The translations under genes were made by a program, and so were the position numbers. From assembly GCA_948442365.1 (NCBI GenBank), contig CAOJRU010000004.1:4304-68303 (forward strand): DNA of 64,000 nucleotides. The letters are read 5' to 3'. The stretch comes from an uncultured Clostridium sp. Lineage in GTDB: Bacteria; Bacillota; Clostridia; TANB77; CAG-508. The notes beneath the pieces were generated by a model, which worked only from the letters and a program-made list of their open reading frames with translations, was not told where the DNA came from and did not search any database. Below, piece after piece: positions 59,971 to 64,000 of this stretch. Every line of letters begins with the position of its first letter. The stretch's first letter is position 1.

Positions 59971-60549
59971 CTACTTATTTGTCAATTGTTTTTCTAAATT
60001 TTCTAATGCCATTTTTCGGTGACTGATAGTATTTTTTTCTTCTTTGCTTATTTCCGCATAGGTTTTTCCATTTTCTAGTTCAAAAATGGGATCAAATCCA
60101 AAACCTGTTTTTCCTCTTGGTTCTTCCGCTATTCTTCCTTCTACTTCTCCTTTACCTATGGTGAATTCTCCTTTTTCATAATAAGCTACGACACACTTTA
60201 CGGTTGCTTTTCTTTCTTCCCTTTTTACATTTTTCATTTTTTCTAAAATAATGTCATTTTTTTGTATATCTGTTGCTTTTTCTCCTAAGAATCTTGCCGT
60301 ATTTACTCCTGGCCAACCATCAAAGGCTTTTATACATAAACCACTGTCATCTGCTATGCATGGCATATTAGTTTTTTGGGCTATCTCTTTTGCTTTTTTC
60401 TTGGCATTTCCTTCAAATGTTTCTTGGTCTTCTTCTACTTCTATTTCACAATTTATGTCTTTTAAACTTAGTAACTCGTAATTTTTTAATATTTGTTTGA
60501 TTTCTTCTAGTTTTCCTTGATTTCTGGTTGCAATGACTATTTTTTTCAT
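59971..60549 (-). CDS. rdgB: non-canonical purine NTP pyrophosphatase (RdgB/HAM1 family)
   Basis: KIVIATRNQGKLEE ... FDGWPGVNTARF ... TGFGFDPIF. Confidence 0.85.
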   Translation of the reverse strand: MKKIVIATRNQGKLEEIKQILKNYELLSLKDINCEIEVEEDQETFEGNAKKKAKEIAQKTNMPCIADDSGLCIKAFDGWPGVNTARFLGEKATDIQKNDIILEKMKNVKREERKATVKCVVAYYEKGEFTIGKGEVEGRIAEEPRGKTGFGFDPIFELENGKTYAEISKEEKNTISHRKMALENLEKQLTNK

Positions 60550-60603
60550 TTTCTTTTATTTCTCCTTTTAAATATAAAAAAGAATAGCTTGATTGCTATT
60601 CTT

Positions 60604-60691
60604 TGGTGCAGATGGCCGGAATCGAACCGGCACGGTTTATTCAACCGCAGGATTTTAAGTCCTGTGCGTCTACCAGTTCCGCCACATCTGC
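60604..60691 (-). tRNA. tRNA-Leu (anticodon TAA), long variable arm
   Basis: The reverse complement is GCAGATGTGGCGGAACTGGTAGACGCACAGGACTTAAAATCCTGCGGTTGAATAAACCGTGCCGGTTCGATTCCGGCCATCTGCACCA. Confidence 0.85.
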
Positions 60692-60841
60692 ATAAAAATT
60701 AAACTGGTAATGTGAAATACAAATGATATTATAATATGTTGATTTTTTTTTGTCAATACATTTTCTTTAAATTTTTAAAATAATTTAAAATCCAGTCGGA
60801 ATATATACATTTACTATATTATTTCCAACTGAATCTTCTTA

Positions 60842-61405
60842 TTAATCATTCGTTCCTGTACCATCAAATGGTATAAATTTATTAACCACACTCTCTGGTT
60901 GAATTTCCTCAGCGCGGAACATCATAAATGACGTATTTATTTTGGTTTCCACTAATTGTTCTACTTCTTCTTGTGTAGCATGTTCTGCTAAAACTAATTC
61001 ACTAACTAAAATTTGTTTTGCATTGTTTAGCATTTTCTTTTCTCCAGTTGATAATCCTTTTTCTTTTTGTTTAAAGCTTAGATTTCTTACCACATCAGCT
61101 ACTTCATAGATGTCTCCGCTTTTCATTTTATCCATATTATCTCTATATCTTTTGTTCCAGTTTTTATCCATTTCTGTTTCATCTTTTTCTAGTATTCCAA
61201 TTACTTTATCGGCTGAACTTTTATCTATTATATTTCTTACTCCTACTGTTTCTGCCTTTGCTGTTGGTATCATTACTTTTACTTCACCTGGCATTTTTAA
61301 TATATAATAAGATTGTTTCTCTCCTAAAATATCTTTTTCTTCTATTGAATCGATTACCCCTGCTCCATGCATTGGGTACACTATTTTGTCTCCTACATTA
61401 AACAT
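60842..61405 (-). CDS. carD: CarD/CdnL-family transcriptional regulator
   Basis: MFNVGDKIVYPMHGAGVIDSIEEKDILGEKQSYYIL (CarD_TRCF RNAP-interaction domain). The ATG at 61405 has AAGGAG 9 nt upstream. Confidence 0.75.
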   Translation of the reverse strand: MFNVGDKIVYPMHGAGVIDSIEEKDILGEKQSYYILKMPGEVKVMIPTAKAETVGVRNIIDKSSADKVIGILEKDETEMDKNWNKRYRDNMDKMKSGDIYEVADVVRNLSFKQKEKGLSTGEKKMLNNAKQILVSELVLAEHATQEEVEQLVETKINTSFMMFRAEEIQPESVVNKFIPFDGTGTND

Positions 61406-61666
61406 GTAAGTCAACTCCTTTCAGCACTTTTGGCAAAAAAAGATAATAAAGTTATATAAAGCATACTAACATTTAATAACTTTACTGGATTTTTTAACCA
61501 TTTCTATTATACAACAAAAAATGATAAAAGTCAAAGCCTTTATCCTTGTTTTTCTCCTTCTATTTTGTGTCTATCCCGCTATTCTCTAAGTATAAATTTT
61601 TTTTATTTTTTTTTATATTCTAGGAAAGTTCGACTAAAAGGAGAAACTTTCCGTAGAAGATAGTTA

Positions 61667-61717
61667 TGCAGATTAACAAATTCTTAAAAACTTTGTTTTT
61701 TAGAATTTGTTAATCCG
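61667..61717. terminator. perfect 14-bp inverted repeat hairpin adjacent to the dut stop, with a T-run on the plus strand
   Basis: gattaacaaattct-(17 nt)-agaatttgttaatc followed by cgcttttttatt. Confidence 0.4.
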
Positions 61718-61722
61718 CTTTT

Positions 61723-62184
61723 TTATTGATTGGTAGAACCAAATCCACCTATCCTTTCTCCTTGTGCCTCATCATCATCTACTATTAGATACTTTTGGAA
61801 AATAGCTTGTCCAATTGCCTCTCCTTTTTTTATGGTTATATCTTCTTCCTTAATATTATAAAAAGCAAACATAAAATGGCCATCATTATCTGGATTCCCA
61901 TAATAGTCTTTGTCTATCACACCTACACTATTTGCCATGATTAATCCTTTTTTCTTTGGATTCGAACTTCTATTATACAACATCATAACTTCGTCTTCTT
62001 GCATATAAGCTTTTAATCCTGTTTTTACTAAAGTAGGATTCATTCCCTTTTTAAAACTTGGTATTACTACGTCTTCTGCTGCTTCTATATCATATCCAGC
62101 TGAATATTTTGTTTTTCTTACTGGTAAATTGATTTGACTTTGTTCAAATCCTTTTGCTATTTCAAAACCTCTTAACTTTTCCAT
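61723..62184 (-). CDS. dut: dUTP diphosphatase
   Basis: AGYDIEAAED ... SVGVIDKDYYGNPDNDGHFMF dUTPase motifs. Start set at MEKLRGF (GGAGG before the ATG at 62184). The track ORF begins 60 nt upstream. Confidence 0.8.
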   Translation of the reverse strand: MEKLRGFEIAKGFEQSQINLPVRKTKYSAGYDIEAAEDVVIPSFKKGMNPTLVKTGLKAYMQEDEVMMLYNRSSNPKKKGLIMANSVGVIDKDYYGNPDNDGHFMFAFYNIKEEDITIKKGEAIGQAIFQKYLIVDDDEAQGERIGGFGSTNQ

Positions 62185-62467
62185 TTTTTCCTCCTTGTTG
62201 TAAGAAAAATATCTTTGCCTTAGCTTCTTAATCTCTCTTACCATATCATTTTCCTTATTTTTTCATAAAACCATTTAATTGTCAATACCTAGAATTTTTA
62301 ATTTAGCTATCTTCCTTGCCTTTGTGTAATTATTTCTAACAACATAATTATACCACCATAAAATAAAGTATGGAATCGCAAAAGGATTAAAACATCATTT
62401 ATTGTTTTAATCCCTTCCGTTTTCATTGACAATCCACATTTAAGTTTTAAGGTATTCTCTCTAAACT

Positions 62468-62908
62468 TTATAAATACAAATTCTGCATATCTTCCAACAA
62501 TTTCTCCTTTATTTCAGATGGCAACAACAAGATATTTCTGACATCCTCTCTCTTTATAATCTCTGGAAGATATTTACCACTATCAGCATATTTAGGATCA
62601 TTGGAAAACTCTGGTCCTTCTCCTGTTCCAAATTTTCCACTTACATACTCGCACAAATAAAAAATTTCTTTTTGTTGGAATTTATCAGAATAAGTTTCAT
62701 ATAACTTTTTGACAATTTTTACATCAATTCCAAATTCTTCTTTTATCTCCCTTATTGTTCCTTCCTCTGGCGTCTCCCCATCTTCTAATCCACCGCCTGG
62801 AAAAGTATAATATTCTTGATAGTCTTTCCTTTTTATAACATCTTTTCGATGCATAAAAGCAAATCCATTTTCCATAGGAATAATTCCTGCTACTCTAGTT
62901 CTATCCAT
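62468..62908 (-). CDS. NUDIX hydrolase
   Basis: Nudix box GGGLEDGETPEEGTIREIKEEFGI. Confidence 0.8.
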   Translation of the reverse strand: MDRTRVAGIIPMENGFAFMHRKDVIKRKDYQEYYTFPGGGLEDGETPEEGTIREIKEEFGIDVKIVKKLYETYSDKFQQKEIFYLCEYVSGKFGTGEGPEFSNDPKYADSGKYLPEIIKREDVRNILLLPSEIKEKLLEDMQNLYL

Positions 62909-62923
62909 ATTATAATCACACTC

Positions 62924-63455
62924 CTATCTCCATATTTCTCCATTGATATATTTAGTTAAAGCCATCATAAAAGCATTTCTTGTTAAATCTATTCTTGTTA
63001 TCTGATTATGCGTTAAAATACTGATACCACCTTTTCCTTTGTTCAATTCTTCCCCATCAAAGATTCTATCCATTACCTTTCCGAAGCTCTGTTTTCTTTA
63101 TTTCTTCCATATATTTTTCTGGTATGGGAAATCCCTGACTGATTCCTATACTTTGAAAACTGATTGAATTTTCTACGATGGCAGCATTGATATCAATATA
63201 GTCACCATAAAAATTTATGATGCCAGCTTCACTTGCAATAAAAAAATCCACTGCCATATCATGCTCTTTAGCATATTGTTTTAAATTCTTAACTCTATTT
63301 TTTGCTCCCAAAAAAATTTCTTTATTAAAAGGCTGAGCTCCAACTTCTGAATCTACCTCTACTCCTTCTATTTCAAATTCCTTAAAATACTTAGCAAAAG
63401 CTTGTCTTGCTCCTTCTATTTTTCCAGGATTCTTGGTTCCTATTAAAATTTTCAT
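62924..63455 (-). CDS. inosine/xanthosine triphosphatase, YjjX-like (Ham1/Maf superfamily), split by a single-base frameshift near 63068
   Basis: ORF 63066..63455 gives MKILIGTKNPGKIEGARQAF ... ELRKGNG then stop. The +1 frame continues VMDRIFDGEELNKGKGGISILTHNQITRIDLTRNAFMMALTKYINGEIWR to a stop at 62924. Confidence 0.7.
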
Positions 63456-63680
63456 TTTTATTCCATTCCTTTCTTAATTACAAATTTGGTCGGAAAAGAA
63501 TTAACTATTGTCAATCCTATCATATACTATTAAAATCTAGTAGTCAAGCCTTTCCTTTTTCGTTTTAATCATTACCCTTCATCCTCATCATTTTTATAAA
63601 AAGTTTATTTTATTTTTTGTTTTATTTTTCTCAATTAGTGGTATAATCTTAATAATGTATAAAAATAGGAGATGATAAAA

Positions 63681-64000
63681 TTTGTCAAATAATACCATAA
63701 AAGAAGAAGTCAATGTTAGTAAATTGTATGGTTTAGAAGCCACCTTATCAAAAGAAGAATTTATCCAAAAATATCAAGTACAAGAAAATGGACTTTCTTC
63801 TAATGAAGCTGAAGAAAGATTACGTAATTTAGGATTAAATGAATTAAAGCAGGCTAAACCCAAAAAATGGTATCACTATTTTTTCGAAAGCTTATTTACT
63901 CCTTTTAACTGTATTTTACTTGGTATTGTTGCTATTTTAATTTATACCGACATCTATTTAGCACCAACACCTAGTTATGCCAATATTATAGTTATTGCCA
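63681..64000 (+). CDS. P-type cation-transporting ATPase, N-terminal fragment (continues beyond the window)
   Basis: TTG start after AGGAGA. (M)SNNTIKEEVNVSKLYGLEATLSKEEFIQKYQVQENGLSSNEAEERLRNLGLNELKQAKPKKWYHYFFESLFTPFNCILL is typical of a MgtA/Ca-ATPase N-terminus. No stop in the window. Confidence 0.7.

Overview
This is an AT-rich (about 28-30% GC) Firmicutes-type chromosomal segment in which nearly every gene lies on the minus strand. All calls below come from reading the sequence and the ORF track; no database search was possible.

Positions 1-23 kb form a housekeeping block. It contains mutL (partial at the left edge), secDF-like genes, an HD-domain hydrolase, ppiB, disA, radA, mtaB, mreB, tsaE, a tsaB-rimI fusion, obg and trpS. 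It also contains tRNA-Gln and tRNA-His.

Positions 23-56 kb hold a cell-wall glycopolymer biosynthesis and remodelling locus of about 32 kb. It carries:
- two GtrB-like polyprenyl-phosphate glycosyltransferases and one GtrA-like protein;
- two paralogous candidate GT-C membrane transferases;
- a TagGH-like ABC exporter and a Wzy-like membrane protein;
- multiple GT2 and GT-B transferases;
- prs, a UbiA-family prenyl-phosphate phosphoribosyltransferase-like gene and a HAD phosphatase, which together suggest a lipid-linked ribofuranose donor pathway;
- two giant autolysins, a GH73-like glucosaminidase and an Amidase_3, that share seven copies of an unfamiliar ~125-aa module.

Positions 57-64 kb return to housekeeping genes: guaB, rpmA, rplU, rdgB, tRNA-Leu, carD, dut, a Nudix hydrolase, a yjjX-like ITPase and the partial start of a P-type ATPase.

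Two families of structured intergenic repeats are present, and one shows compensatory base-pair changes between its two copies.

Five conserved genes (the HD hydrolase, radA, obg, the yjjX-like ITPase and a secreted protein) are split by single-base frameshifts. Because obg is essential, these are probably assembly indel errors, and other apparent pseudogenes here should be treated with caution.

No CRISPR array, prophage, IS transposase or recognisable defence gene was seen.
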